64,000 nucleotides of DNA from the human T2T-CHM13v2.0 reference genome, Homo sapiens (GCF_009914755.1 NC_060928.1); one strand, 5' to 3'. Positions 42,479-56,315 are shown, counted from the first letter of the stretch. The notes: generated by a model from the sequence alone, not told the origin. Numbers and translations are program-made.

Positions 42479-42957
42479 CTAACCACACTGTCATACTGCA
42501 AATCAGGGTGAAATGTGTCCATAAGAACAAGCCTGCCGAACTAAGGTATTGCCTGCCTTATCTCATGAGATAATTATTTGTTCTGTAGTGGGGTGCATAT
42601 ATTTTTAAAATGTGTTACACCAATGTGTCTACAAAAGAAACAAATGAAAAGCAAAACAACAACAAAAAGATCACATCATTTCAACAATTGTGGTGATCAA
42701 AACCACAGAATATTTACTTCAAGTATGTCCTTGTCCTTAATTAGCACAAGAATTAGTGCTACCAGAATACTCTTAAAGACTCTCTTCTAATAATTCTATC
42801 ATCAAGTCATCTTGGAAGGAAAGCTTTTAAAGCCAGTCAGCCAGCCTGCTTAATGACTGTTTCTGTAGAGGAATACAAGTAGCTCCCAGAATTACAGTTG
42901 TCAGCCCATCTCCTTGGGTCTGAAGGAGACCGAGGGATCATTATCAAATAGATCATT

Positions 42958-43331
42958 TGATATGGTTTGGCTGTGTCCCCACCCAAATCTCATCTTGAAT
43001 TGTAGTTCCCATAATCCCCACGTGTCATGGGAGAGACCCGGTGGGAGGTAATTGAATCATGGGGTCAATTACCCCCATGCTGCTGTTCTCATGATAGTGA
43101 GTGAGTTCTTACGAGATCTGATGGTTTTATAGGGGCTTTTGCCCCTTTTGCTCTGCACTTCTTCCTGCCACCATGTGAAGAAGGACGTGTTTGCTTCCCC
43201 TTCTGCCATGATTGTAAGTTTCCTGAGGCCTCCCCAGCCACACTGAACTGTGATTCAATTAAACCTCTTTCCTTTGTAAATTACCCAGTCTCAAGTATGT
43301 CCTTAGAGCAGCATGAGTATGGACTAATATA
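42958..43331 (+). mobile_element. THE1 (THE1C-like) MaLR solo LTR
   Basis: tgatatggtttggctgtgtccccacccaaatctcatcttgaattgtagttccc...ggactaatata. TSD tcatt/tcctt. Confidence 0.96.
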
Positions 43332-44244
43332 TCCTTATTTGCTCTTTTCCTTTTGTATTCTGACATGAGTAAACTGTGAAATTGTGCTAAATAGAGATGT
43401 ATGCTAACTGTGAAACACTGATAATTATTTCAGTAAACTATGATACATATAAGAGATTTAAAACGGGTATATGCTTCTTTAAAATAGACGAAGAAAGTCT
43501 TGGCATACATCTCCAGGATACCCCCTGAATTATAGGCCACAATTGTACCTCACAGCATTTATGGCCTCAACTCTAGTAACAGAAACACACCTTAGTCCTA
43601 TTCTGTAGTTCCTAATAAAGATTGATTCTCAAAATAAAAACTGACTAAAGGGCAGAAATACATACAGTAATCTTCAAGAATTTTTTCTCTTTATCTGCCT
43701 GGAGTTAGTTGAAGCAAGCTTTGACAAGTCATTTATTTAACAGTTTAGCGGAACTCATTCCTACTCTTGAACCTGGAATGGAATGTAAGAAATAAAGAGC
43801 AGTGGAATCCAATGATGTATTTCAGGATATAATTGGTTGTCTATACTCAAGGCTGATCTTATCACTTGAGATGAAAAAAGAAAAACAAAACATGGTAGTG
43901 GAAAAAAGTTTATGTTTACAAACCCTGAAAACTTAATTCTTGTAAATAACATCACCACAAATAGAAAATATGTGTCATCAAACTAATTTGTGCAAAGCTA
44001 TAATTTGTGTAGCAATGATTGAAGTATAAATATAACACTTTAGTGTGTTTTAAGGAGTTTTTTTCAGATATGCTATTTTCTCTTTACAATAGGCTTGAAA
44101 ATATAGTATTTTTTTCTAAAACAAGCCTTTTGTCTTTCCTTCTATGGAAAGATGCATGTCTTTAGTTATTTCTGCTGGACTATTATGTGTGGACTGGCAG
44201 GTATTGGCATACTTTTCATAATCCTAATAAGTATCCGGTGTAGC

Positions 44245-44372
44245 CAGTCTGAAAGCTCATTTAGAACAGGACAAACTCTGTCTTGCTTGTTGAAACAACT
44301 CCAGTACCTAGCAATGTGTCTGGTACATTCTTCAGGTGCTCAACAAGGCAGAATGGCTTTGTTTATTAATTA
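44245..44372 (+). mobile_element. L2 3' end
   Basis: ccagtacctagcaatgtgtctggtaca...ggtgctcaacaa. Confidence 0.7.
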
Positions 44373-44423
44373 AATAATATAGACTCAAATCCATTCAGTC
44401 CCTGACCAGGACTCTTCATAAAA

Positions 44424-44607
44424 CAGTGGATCTCAAAATCATTCCCTGAACCTACAATATTGCATCAACTGAGAACTCGTTAGAAATTAAAATTTTCAGA
44501 CCCCATGCCAGACCTTCTAAATCAGAAACTATTGGGGTAGGCCCAGCAATCTGTGTTTAAAAAGCCCTCCAGGTGATTATAACGTATGCTAAACTTGAGC
44601 ACCATTG
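44424..44607. mobile_element. MER5A MITE
   Basis: cagtggatctcaaa...ccagaccttctaaatcagaaact...aagccctccaggtgatt...ttgagcaccattg. Confidence 0.9.
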
Positions 44608-44854
44608 ATGTAAACAATACTCAAATACATTGTGCACAGCTTTTTAGAATTATGAGAGTGGCTTAAGGGTATATTACAAGAAGACAATTCCTATGGACAG
44701 ATTGTGAATAATTTTAATTTCTCAAGAATTTTGTTCTAATTTTTTTATGTATAGGATAGTTGGAACGTATGTTCTACTTCTTACAAGTATCTTTATTTTA
44801 ACTATAGGACTACTCCCCTCATGTAACAAATTGTGTAATTTGTATAGGAAGGCT

Positions 44855-45270
44855 GACTCAGTTTGAGTTACTGGTACAGATACTGAGACAAGGAGTTGAA
44901 TGCAGATGGCTTATTAAGGAGGTGTTCCCAGGAAGCACAAGTGAGGAAGTGGTGAACATGAGAGAGGGTAAGGAGAAAAGCCAGTCAAGCATGTGTTAAC
45001 AAGAAAGGGTTACAACTGTGGGCAAATAGGTCTCAATCCTGTGGAGAACCATCTGAGAAAGCGTGTGTGGAATATATCTCAGAATCACCCAGTGGAGAGT
45101 GGAGAGACTGAAACATTTATGTACTTACTTCCAGCTCCACTGTTTGAGAGTTGATCTCCAGTGGTTCTAACATATGCCATATTCCAGGTTATATTTGTGT
45201 ATGGCCAAATAAGCTGGACAACGTCATCAGGCAGAGAAGATGAGACACAGCACTTGAGGTGGGACATGTC
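44855..45270 (-). mobile_element. LTR16-like ERVL LTR
   Basis: cagatactgagacaaggagttgaatgcag...ggaggtgttcccaggaagcac...actgtgggcaa. Confidence 0.6.
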
Positions 45271-46984
45271 AATACACTGGAAGGTTGAATTGTCACTGCC
45301 TTGAGAATGGAAGAAGAGCAGAACTGACTATATACAGAAAAAGAATGAGGGTCAGCTTTAACTAGGGGTTAGAAGCCATGAATTTGCAATAACACCAAAG
45401 CACCCAGTTGTGTGTTCCATTTCTAGGAAAGGTAGAACAGTGAATTCTAAGACATATAAATGGCATTCAGAGTAACTCTAATTGTTTTATAGGAAGTATG
45501 CAATCATAAACGCTGACAGATAAGCATACATGTAAAATTTTTAAGAAAGGTTATGATCACTAAAATATAGCAGATGACTTCGAATGTTCTTGCTTTATGT
45601 GATCACAAATGGGCTCCTTTGTCGAATTCTAGAATTCTGCTCTGCAAGTGACATTTTGTTTGAGCAGTTGGCATCTGGTACCTCAGTTTCAACTGACTTT
45701 TTGTTACTAAACACAGTTCGAACACCGTAAGGTAATTTTTCAATGGTAAGAAAAGGTAGTTTATACTTCATCCTAGTGAAATAACTCAGGCAGGGAAGTC
45801 AATTGCTTGGAATTATGGAAAGTTTCCATGCTATCAAGCCCAACACCATTTGAAAACATTTTTTACAGTAGGCCACAAAGCTGCCTTTTTATGGAAGAAA
45901 CTATGAAAGAAATTTTAGAAACCCCAGAAAGCTCCAAGGTCCTGTTCTGATTCAGTAAAAATTTCAAAGACTATACCTCCTGAGCTTACTTTGAGAATGA
46001 CAAAACACAAGTAGCTTAGGAAGACGGACATGGAAATTCACCTTTTGCATTTCCCTGCATTTTCTTTTGGATATTTTGCACAGAAAAACAATAAAACCTT
46101 TTGATTTTTGTTTTCCTGTGAAGTCTTTTAATTTTAGTAGAATCATCAACATTTTATGCCACTCTTAAAATTCTAGAAAGCAAAATCCCCATGTAATACT
46201 GGAAAAGTCCAAGGATAACAGAAATATTGAACTAGGACTGTTTTTTAATGAGAAATAATTAGCCTCCATAGTAGCTTCATCAACGATGAGCTACTTATAA
46301 CAGTATACTACCAAGCTACACAAAGACTTTCATTAGTGTAAGAACAGTAGTAGACTAATTAACTGTCTAACTACAGAAACTAGATGCTTAATTGCCATGT
46401 TGCTTTATTGGCACAGTATCTAAGAATCGTCGTCCAATTTCTCCTCTAGAAGCTTTTTTGTTTTCCTCCTCTGGTGGCAATGGGAAGTTTCGTTGTGATG
46501 AAAGAACAGTAACAGATAACTGTTTCTCTGGTTAAGTGTCAGGTGCAAATACTTCTCTGGTTAAACATCAGGAATATACATGTGTATGTGACTGTATGTG
46601 TGTGTGTACATGAAATGTTTAATCAGTTAACCAGTGTAGCAAATTTCTCTCATTCTGAAAAGAATATGAAAAGTAAGTCTTACTAAAGGAAAAGCACATT
46701 TTCTTATACCACTTTAAGGCAAATAGTCATGGAATCACCTGTATTGTTCAAAGTCTTCTATGGTTTAGTCTCTTTCTCTATCAGTTATACAATGGATGCA
46801 CGTAAGTTAACACAGTGGAGTATAAATAAATAAAAGTCTAGTGTATCCCACAAAATGTTCTGCAACATTCAGTTTAACTGTAATTCTAATTTTGAAAACT
46901 ACATAACAGGTTCTGCAACTTAGAAGCAGAGGGCTATGAGAAAATTTTGTAGAACATATCTTTACTAATTATTAACTCTTGCAT

Positions 46985-47470
46985 CCACTCCTGTTTCGCT
47001 TTATGATTTGGGTGAGTTACTTTAACTTTTTGTTCCTCAGTTTCTTCATATTTAAAATGCACATAGTTGTAGTGTTTGCATGATAAGGATGTTGTGATAA
47101 TTAAATGAGTTATTATCTACGTGTGTGTGTGTATATAAAAACACATAGTGTCATACATAGTAAGCACTCAACAAATATTAGCTTATACTATTATTATTAA
47201 TGACATACTGTAAATAGCATTCAATAAGCATTTACTGGACAGAATAAATGTTGTCAAACATGACCATTTATGAGTACTGTCAAAAGTATTACAGTAACTT
47301 GAGTGATTTTTGAACACATGTAATGTTCCAGATGCTTTAGATACATTTAGCCATTTAGTCCTCACTATGCCTCCATGAAGAAAATGTCATTCAGCTCATC
47401 AGGAACCTGAGACTCAGAGTATGTAACATACCTTGTTACAGTTAAGGAGGCCCAGCATTTGAATTCAAGC
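46985..47470. mobile_element. Tail-to-tail MIR fragments (+ about 46985-47195; - about 47290-47470)
   Basis: ttgggtgagttactttaac...cctcagtttcttcatatttaaaatg...acatagtaagcactcaacaaat, then antisense catttagtcctcac...tgagactcagag. Confidence 0.7.
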
Positions 47471-47799
47471 CCATTTACTCAACTTTCATTTTATTTTTCT
47501 AGTATCAGATAGTCTCCAAGTCCTGAGGTATTTGGCTTTGCAGATTTTGAATTTAATATTTCTATACTTAATTACTATATAAATAGTTAAGATCTTCTCA
47601 CTTGAGAAAATGTAAATTGATTCATTTTCTGATTTAATTTTTTAATTAAAATTTTTTCTAATGACTTCCTTTTTATATGAGCTTATCAAATAGTTTAGTC
47701 CTAGGTGAGGTATGGATATCCACAGATGTATAAGGACGAGTTAGGGCTATATGGTTCTCTTATTTCCGCAAGCAACATTTAGGAAAAAAAATCTGACCC

Positions 47800-48200
47800 A
47801 TTCCTAGCAATCCATTTTATTGAAACCCTACTATGTGTCACTCACTGTAAAGGGATAGACCAGTGACCAAAATGAAGTCCTTACTACCATGAAGCTTATT
47901 CTACAGCACAGAAAGAGATGGTAAATAAGTGACTCTGTGTGTGTTTATTTGTCTCAGGTGGGATAAATGCTCTAAAGAATAGGACAAAAGTAACAGAGAC
48001 TCATGGGGGAGCAATAATGGATGATCATAGAAGTCATGCCTGATGAAGTCACATGCAGAGACCTAAATGAAATGAAGGAGGGAGCTATGTGTGTGTCTCT
48101 AATGGAAGAGCAATCCAGGAGGCAACATAAGGACAAAGGCTGAACTATACTAGAGGACCAGCAGGAAAGTGATTACAGCTGAACCAGAGGGACTAAGGGG
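47800..48200 (-). mobile_element. L2 3' part
   Basis: tttattgaaaccctactatgtgtca...catgaagcttattcta...gcagagacctaaatgaaatgaaggagggagc. Confidence 0.75.
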
Positions 48201-49447
48201 TTATATAAAATACGTACAACATGGCCCTCACAGCCACTTACATAGTTATCTACGATTTCATTAAGGCTGGGATAGAGGTTGGCTCAGAGTGTCAGGCAAG
48301 CATAAGGGTTGGGATAATACTGCCTGGAGTTAGAGAGGTAGGATGGGAAGGGTTTGCCATTTTGTTCACAATTTGAGTTATGAGAAACACTTTGTCAAAC
48401 AGAGAAACTGAGAAGAGGTCAAAAGGAACAAAGCAAAGCATGAAAGTCCACAGCTGTGGAGAGCTCATATATTGCATTTAGACGTGATGAATAGACTTGA
48501 AAAACTTTATTTTTTCTTTATTGGCTTCAAGATAGCAAGAAAGCCTTAGTTCATAAATCCTAGCAATTAAGTGCCAATTTACCCCCAAATCATTTTAAGC
48601 GTTGATCAAAATCCAACTAAGAACTCATATTCATTTGTTTGCCTGTCATACTTAAGAATTAATTTACTCTGCCAAGGGTCATTTAGCTATTAAAAAATAA
48701 TAGCTACAAGAAAATAAATATTTTAGTGTAATTTCCTGATGGTGCCAAAAGTTACCATATTAGCATATGGTAAAATAGGCAAGGGATGAGGGGTCCTTCA
48801 ACAAACACCGCTTTTCCTAATGTTTTGGCATAATGCACCTTAAATCACCACAGCAAACGCCCAGGAAAACCCCAATGCCAGCAGAAACTCACAGAGAGTT
48901 AAAGACAGTAACACAGTGGTTTCTGACACTGGCAATGATTTTTAAATCTTTATTCTCATGAGGTAAAGTACTGAAATCATGAATTTGCTTTTAATCACTG
49001 TTCCATCTTTGTTCAATAATATAGAACACAGGAAAGTTGGTCTATGCCACATGATGAATGCAGTCTATCTCTTGCATTACACATTAAGAAGCAGAGCAGG
49101 TAGCACAGTGTTGGCTAAGTCTCAGCGGTGGCATATTTTCATCTCCCACAGGGTGTGGGAAGACCCCACTGCACAGCAGTAACAATAAATCTAGCATATC
49201 CGTTTATGAAATAACTTTGGCAGTAATGGCAAGAGGATTTGGATGAAAGTGTATTTGTGGTCTTCCAGCTGGAAGATCAGAGCAGAGATTCTAAAGCAAA
49301 AAAGCAGAGTGGAATGGCAGATAGTGGCTGCTTGGAAAAGAACAGAAGACAGTTGAGGATCCATGCTGAGCTCAAGGGGAAATGCAAACAAGACAGTCCT
49401 TTCAGAATATCCCCATGCTGCCCAGTGTTGGCGTGAGGGATTACTAA

Positions 49448-49461
49448 TGCCATCTGCTGGA
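49448..49461 (-). promoter_or_regulatory. Candidate CTCF site, reverse orientation
   Basis: The reverse complement tCCAGCAGATGGCa matches CCASYAGRKGGC at 12/12. Confidence 0.5.
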
Positions 49462-49959
49462 TATTCTTGGGATTTAAAAATGGTATCTAAACAAATAATA
49501 CTCCAGTCTCCCTATGTCTTGGCTTCAGTTCTTTAATGAGAAAAACAGCAACAATAACCAGCTAAAGAAAACAAGTGAAGAAAACAAAACTCAGGTCATG
49601 TACATGTTTCCTGTACCTTGAGAAGGTTGGAGTTTCGTATGGCCACTGTGTTTCAGACATAGTATTTATAATAATTGCATTTTTTTGGTTGGTGTTTGTT
49701 TGTTTAGTTTTAGCAGAACTCTATAGTAGTGCACTTTGGCCATATGCAACACTCAGGCAACTGGATATAGTTTGAACTGTAAATCCACAAAGCCCTTGCT
49801 AAAAATATATTATACACTATAAACTTTGTATACTACATACTCCCTTTTGTTGGAGAGAACATTGTGGTTTTATTTTGTCTATTTTGTTTTTAAATAGGGA
49901 TAAAAATAATTAAAAGGAAAGAAGAACAAGTATCACCATTTGGTCAAAAACATTACATA

Positions 49960-50450
<491 letters not shown>

Positions 50451-50469
50451 CTAAATTAACATTGATTAT

Positions 50470-51028
50470 AGTCTACATGTTCCAAACCGTACTAATCCCA
50501 TGAGACTTGCAGTGGAAAAAAATGGTTTCTGTGGTCAAATCCATCTGAAATATTCTATAATCCAAATATCTTCTCCTAGAGATCAATAAGGCACATGAAC
50601 TGAAATGTGAGGAGCTGATATTTACTGACAGTTTACCATATACCATTATCTCATTTAATGTTCATTCTGATTCTATTGTGTGGGCACTATCATTATTCTT
50701 ACTGACAAAAAAGGAAACAGGTTTATAATTTGTTCAAAGTCACACTCAGAAAATAAAGGTACTAAATCTGACTTTAGAGATTGCACTCACAAGCACAAAG
50801 CTATATGTTCCATAATATCAATCAGTGAAATAGTATATATTAATATGATTTTTATGTTAATTATATTTCTATATTCATGTTAACCTGTTTAAAGCTTTGA
50901 GGAATAATGTGGTAATAGCATCTGTTTAACTTTGCTTAGCCCAATATTTCTAAATCTACTTAGCTACAGAAAACTCATTACTTTTAGTGGAACTAGTGTC
51001 CTACAGAATATAGTTCCAAAAATGCTGA
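50470..51028. mobile_element. hAT-Charlie remnant with nested MIR-like fragment
   Basis: aaaatggtttctgtggtcaaat and the inverted end ggaactagtgtcctacagaatatagttccaaaaatgctg. MIR-like sequence at about 50620-50790. Confidence 0.45.
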
Positions 51029-53344
51029 TATAAGTAAGCTATAATATTGCTATAGATGAGAAGCCAGAAAGGGAGTAGCTCTTTAGTGTTTCTCTAGCCA
51101 CTTGTTCCAGCGTATCTGCTGGTGTCCTCTGCCTATGCATGCCCCTTGCTGATCTCCACCTGATGATTTGGAAGGGCTAGAAATAGGGAAGCAAACACCT
51201 GATATCTTTGCTGCTACAGGTGCACAGAGCACTGGAACTCTCTGCGTAAATGTGTAATATTTAGTACATCCTGCAAAAGGAACAAGCTTAATTTAGTTAA
51301 GCCACAAGGTTGAGTGATAAACAGCATGTTGCTGTTATTGTTTAGTCAATTAAATCGTCCCCTGCACTTGTAGGAACTGTTCCACATTTATTACTAGTGA
51401 GAAACAAGCTCGGGCAGGGTTGTTGATTTCCTTGCATTGGGTTGTGTTATATTTAGCACATCTAAAGATTTGAGAATGAATGATGGAAGACACAGTGATA
51501 AATTGTCGAGCTTTTCCAAAGATTCAGAAGTTCTAAAGTTCCTGCCAGTGACAGATGGTCTGTCCTTACTCATTGCTTGTCTTCCTGACAGGACTTGATT
51601 TTTTTTTTTCCTTTTTTGCTCAATTCCCTTATAGTAAGCTCAGCTTCTTGGGAGGTGGGATAGTTTAATTTGTTATAATTACATTGCTATATTTCAAAGT
51701 GGCATCAACTCTATATGAACATGTCATGCTCTTTTTAGATTATTAATGTGCACATGTATAATGACAAAAGAGAATTATAGGATAAGAGGAAGAGAGGAAA
51801 TTCATTACCAAGGGAAAGCCATACCTCAATCTTTCCTGTTATTTTGATAACCAAGCATATTATTAAATAGAGTCCTCATTGGATAGTGGTTTTTTAAAAT
51901 CAATATTATTTTAATACCTTCAATATTTTATAATAATCGAAAACTTTTTGAAATTTTTGTTTAAACAGCACTAGTGTTTATGAGCTTGTAAAATATTTCT
52001 AAGAATTCACACAATGAGCCCAAACAACTATAATAATGATGTGCCTAGATATTAAATAGGTTCCAAATGAAAAAAGGAAAATTGCAATCAAATTTCTTAA
52101 TTCCTTTCATTGATTTCAAATACGTTCACTGCTAAAATAGGAGATTAGAAGATATGCTAAATAGATAAGGAATGTGGGAAAAGAAAACAATTTCCTGTGG
52201 CAGTAAATATAAAGGCTTTAAAAATTCTAGCTTGTCTTCAAATAACTTCTAAAATCCAGAAGTAATTTAGCCCTCAAGTTAGTAATGCCACTAGTGTGAT
52301 AGAGCATTATATAGCTGCAAGTGTTACCAAGTGGAAAGAGATCAACATTATTTAAAACTATAAAAACAATCAGGTGAATTGATTTGGGATTTATAATAGT
52401 TGTCTTCTGTTATCTACACAAAGAGCTCAGAAATTCTTTTTAGGTAAATTATTTTTTTGTAAGTGCTCACTCCATATTAGCTCAATTTGATAATACATGA
52501 GAAGCATAAACAATATTATCACTGCTTTTTCTCCTTTATTTCCTTTAATTCTACTTCTACTGGAGTTTTAACCACTTTGAAGTGATATGCATATAAGTGC
52601 ATATATGTTTCACTGAATATATATATATCATACTACTATACATTCTTTTTTGTGTGTGTGTGTATGTGTGTGTATAATACACTACTCATTTAAGTGAGAG
52701 AACTCAAAGCTTACTGGATTTCCAAGGTCTAGGCTATTGAATTCCATTTTATCTTTTTATTCCCCTTACTAAATGCTCCTACCATTACTGATATCAGTTA
52801 CCTTTTTATTCAGTGGCTTTTTAACATTGCTTTATTTTGGTAACATTTGATTACAAAATCTCAGAGAACTCATGCCAGCCCACTGGTTATGCATGAAGAT
52901 GTTAACCTAGACCTAGGGAAATTATAACCCTTGTTTAGTGAATATTTTCTCAGATAATAAATGGAAGAATTAACTTTCTGTGTAGAACATTACAAAAAAT
53001 TTCAAGCTTCTTTAACACATGATGTCACAATAATACATGGATTTTAGTTGTGTATATTACATATACATTGATATATAATTAAAAAGACAAGACATATCTG
53101 TTTTTTTATTCTTAAGGACCATTCTAGTATAATTCGTTTTTCTTCTCCAGATAAAAATGTGTTTGTAAAAAAGATTCTAAATATTCAATATTTTTGAAAA
53201 GGCCAAGAAATATTGCATAATTTTGAAATCATGCCATTATAAAATCACAGAATTAAAAGTTACTCTAGTGAGTATGTTTATTAAAATTTATTAAGATTAG
53301 AAAAAGTGCATAGCTGAAGTTAATAAAAATGCTTTGCATTAAAG

Positions 53345-53736
53345 ATAAGATGGGCTAAATTAGTCTAACAAGTAGACCCAAAATGTAATATTCTACTACT
53401 AAAGATTTGTTTCATGTCAGCTCAGCACTACAGCATAGAGTAGGAAAGGGGAGTCTGCTCCATGCACTGGAGCTACTGTGGCTTCCAAGGTCTCTAGGCG
53501 TGACGTCACAATCCTACTAAGCTGGAATGGACAGAGAGCAGACACAAGCACATGGGAGGTTTTATGAGTCAGGTTTGAAAGTGGCGTACATCACTCGGCT
53601 CACATTCTATTGGCTTAGAACTCAGTCACATGGCCTTGTAATACCCTGCAGTGGAGGATGGGAAATGTAGTCTAGCTGAGTGTCCCAGCAGAAGGAGAGA
53701 ATGGATTTTGATGATCATCTAGCAGTTTCTACCACA
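53345..53736 (-). mobile_element. Old MLT1 (K/L-like) MaLR LTR
   Basis: catcactcggctcacattctattggcttagaactcagtcacatggcc...gggaaatgtagtctagctg...gtttctaccaca. Confidence 0.8.
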
Positions 53737-55004
53737 TGAACCCTTGACTTTGCTTAAAAATTGAGGTGACTTTAAATGATTATGCTATTAATATAGTCTA
53801 GTTTTTCTGATAAACTTTGTATCCACTCACTTGTTTGTAGGGCAGGGTATTTTTTAAATTCATTTAGTAACCTAAATTGGAGACTAAGTTTGAGGACTAA
53901 TGATTTTAGAATAGTTGGTCCAATAGAACTCGTAGGAGACCTGTTAACTTGGGGACCCAAAAGAGATTCAGATAGACTCTTTCTTAAAAATGCACATTAA
54001 GACATACAGGACTCATACTGAAGGTTCACAGATACTTAGTACTTGCCTATGGTGAAGAGCACTCAATTTAGAACATGAAGATAGATGATTTATTTATTTA
54101 TCTGTAGTAATGTGCTAATGTTTGCTTGTAACAAATTTATACTGCTAAAATATCTTAGATGTTAATACTCATGAATAAAACCAAAGACCAGAAGGAGAGA
54201 CTATCTCCTTGCTGACCCTAAGCAACAGAGGATAGTACAGTGAGTAGAATCATGGCTTTAGACAACATGTTTGTCTTTCTTCTTCACTGAAATACAGGAT
54301 TTGTGCCTCAATATTATTTCTTGCTTTTGCCTAACATACTTTAAGATGAAGAGCCATGGGTAAATCTCATGGTCTAGATAAGTTACCAACAAGTTATCAT
54401 CATAACTCTTACCTTCTACTTAGTCCATAAATGCTGTTGCACAAAACAACTTCTCATTTAGTAATTTCTACAGGTGATGCAGAGTGCTTATAGTTTAAAT
54501 TTTGCCTTATCTGATTACATAGCGAAGATTATTATTTAGCTTCAAATGAGGATAACTTAAGCTAAATAGAATCACTGTACTACTATTGCTTCAGAAGTAT
54601 TTTACATCCATGCTGCCTATCTATTGGTATTCACTTCTTTTTCTCTGAATTCTATTTACATATTTTAGTAGTGGTTTACCCCCTTGTACAACATATTTCT
54701 CTTTATTTTACCCAGAAACCCACTTTCCTTATATCTTAGTTTCTAGTTTGAAGTCTTTTTAATCTAATGGAGTCTCACGTATTTTCTGTTACTTTTTATT
54801 GTTAATAAATTTTTCATTATTTGTCTCTTAGATGTTTAAAGTAAAACAATCAGAAGATTTGAAATAAGGATTACCATTACTGGTATAAAGTGTTTTTTTT
54901 TTATTTTTTTTTAGCTAAAACTGAAAACTGCCATAGGTTATGTTTTAAATATTAAGTTTCACCTATAAGTGGAGTATACATATATTTCAAAAATGATAAT
55001 AATA

Positions 55005-55766
55005 GTCCCTGGAGTGTGATGGTCCCCTTCCCGTGTCCATGTGTTCTCATTGTTTAATTCCCACCTATGAGTAAGAACATGTGGTGTTTGGTTTTTTGTC
55101 CTTGCGATAGTTTGCTGAGAATGATGGTTTCCAGTTTCATCCATGTCCCTACAAAGGACATGAACTCTTCATTTTTTATAGCTGCATAGTATTCCATGGT
55201 GTATATGTGCCACATTTGCTTAATCCAGTCTATCGTTGTTAGACATTTAGGTTGGTTCCAAGTCTTTGCTATTGTGAATAGTGCCGCGATAAACATACGT
55301 GTGCATGTGTCTTTATAGCAGCATGATTTATAATCCTTTGGGTATATACCCAGTAATGGGATGGCTGGGTCAAATGGTATTTCTAGTTCTAGACCCCTAA
55401 GGAATCGCCACACTGACTTCCACAATGGTTGAACTAGTTTACAGTCCTACCAACAGTGTAAAAGTGTTCCTATTTCTCCACATCCTCTCCAGCACCTGTT
55501 GTTTCCTGACTTTTTAATGATCGCCATTCTAACTGCTGTGAGATGGTATCTCATTGTGGTTTTGATTTGCATTTCTCTGATGGCCAGTGATGATGAGCAT
55601 TTGTTCACGTGTTTTTTGGCTGCATAAATGTCTTATTTTGAGAAGTGTCTGTTCATATCCTTCGCTCACTTCACACCAGCATGGCATGTGTATACATATG
55701 TAACAAACCTGCACATTGTGCACATGTAACCTAAAACTTAAAGTATAATAATAATAAAATAAAATT
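55005..55766. mobile_element. L1PA (about PA3-4) insertion with 5' inversion: 55005-55671 antisense, 55672-55766 sense 3' end
   Basis: ORF2p C-terminus on the - strand (ORF 55054-55425) joined to a + strand L1 terminus cacaccagcatggca...aaaacttaaagtataataat. One 16-bp TSD aaaaatgataataata (54989-55004, 55767-55782) spans both pieces. Confidence 0.96.
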
Positions 55767-56268
55767 AAAAATGATAATAATAATAAAGCTTAGAAGTAGA
55801 TAACATATCCTCAATTATCTGATCATGTACTATCTCTACACCTCAATAAAGTCACAGGGAACAATGTGATGTATAATGGAATAGTATGAAACTTGTACCA
55901 AGTGTTAAAAAACAAAGATTCTGCAACTAATTACGTACTTTGAAAAAACATTGAGTCACATACCAAATATATTTCCAATTTTATTTTTTGTGATGCAATG
56001 CACCTCTTAGCAGGTGTTTCTCGGTAGAACAAAGAATAGCCAACAAAATGCAATTCACCTTCTATAACAACTCCTTGATAGTTATTTGAAAGCATCTTCA
56101 TTTGAAACCCAATCGCTGAGTATTATTGCTAAAAACAACAGAATGACCTCTTACAAAAGAGTCTCACTTATTATATGCCCATGCCATGCATAAATCAGAA
56201 GAACGTGTCTTAGAATATGTATGATAAGATTTATTAGCGTAGAAACCTTCATATAGAAACTGCCCCTA

Positions 56269-56270
<2 letters not shown>

Positions 56271-56312
<42 letters not shown>
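56271..56312. repeat. (AC)21 microsatellite
   Basis: Directly visible, about 775 nt upstream of the exon. Confidence 0.97.

Positions 56313-56315
<3 letters not shown>

Noticed and set aside
46466-46479. Additional CTCF-like motifs (also near 52287 and 61361)
   Set aside because: Two or more mismatches in the GGC end of the core; too weak to call by eye.
49239-49436. Coding-looking 65-aa ORF (DESVFVVFQLEDQSRDSKAKK...)
   Set aside because: Non-ATG start, no convincing flanking splice sites, and no similarity to GluD2 or any protein I recognise.
55054-55425. 123-aa ORF as a functional protein
   Set aside because: It is the L1 ORF2p C-terminus in a truncated, inverted copy with no promoter. 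The same applies to ORFs at 35564-36114 and 58890-60174.
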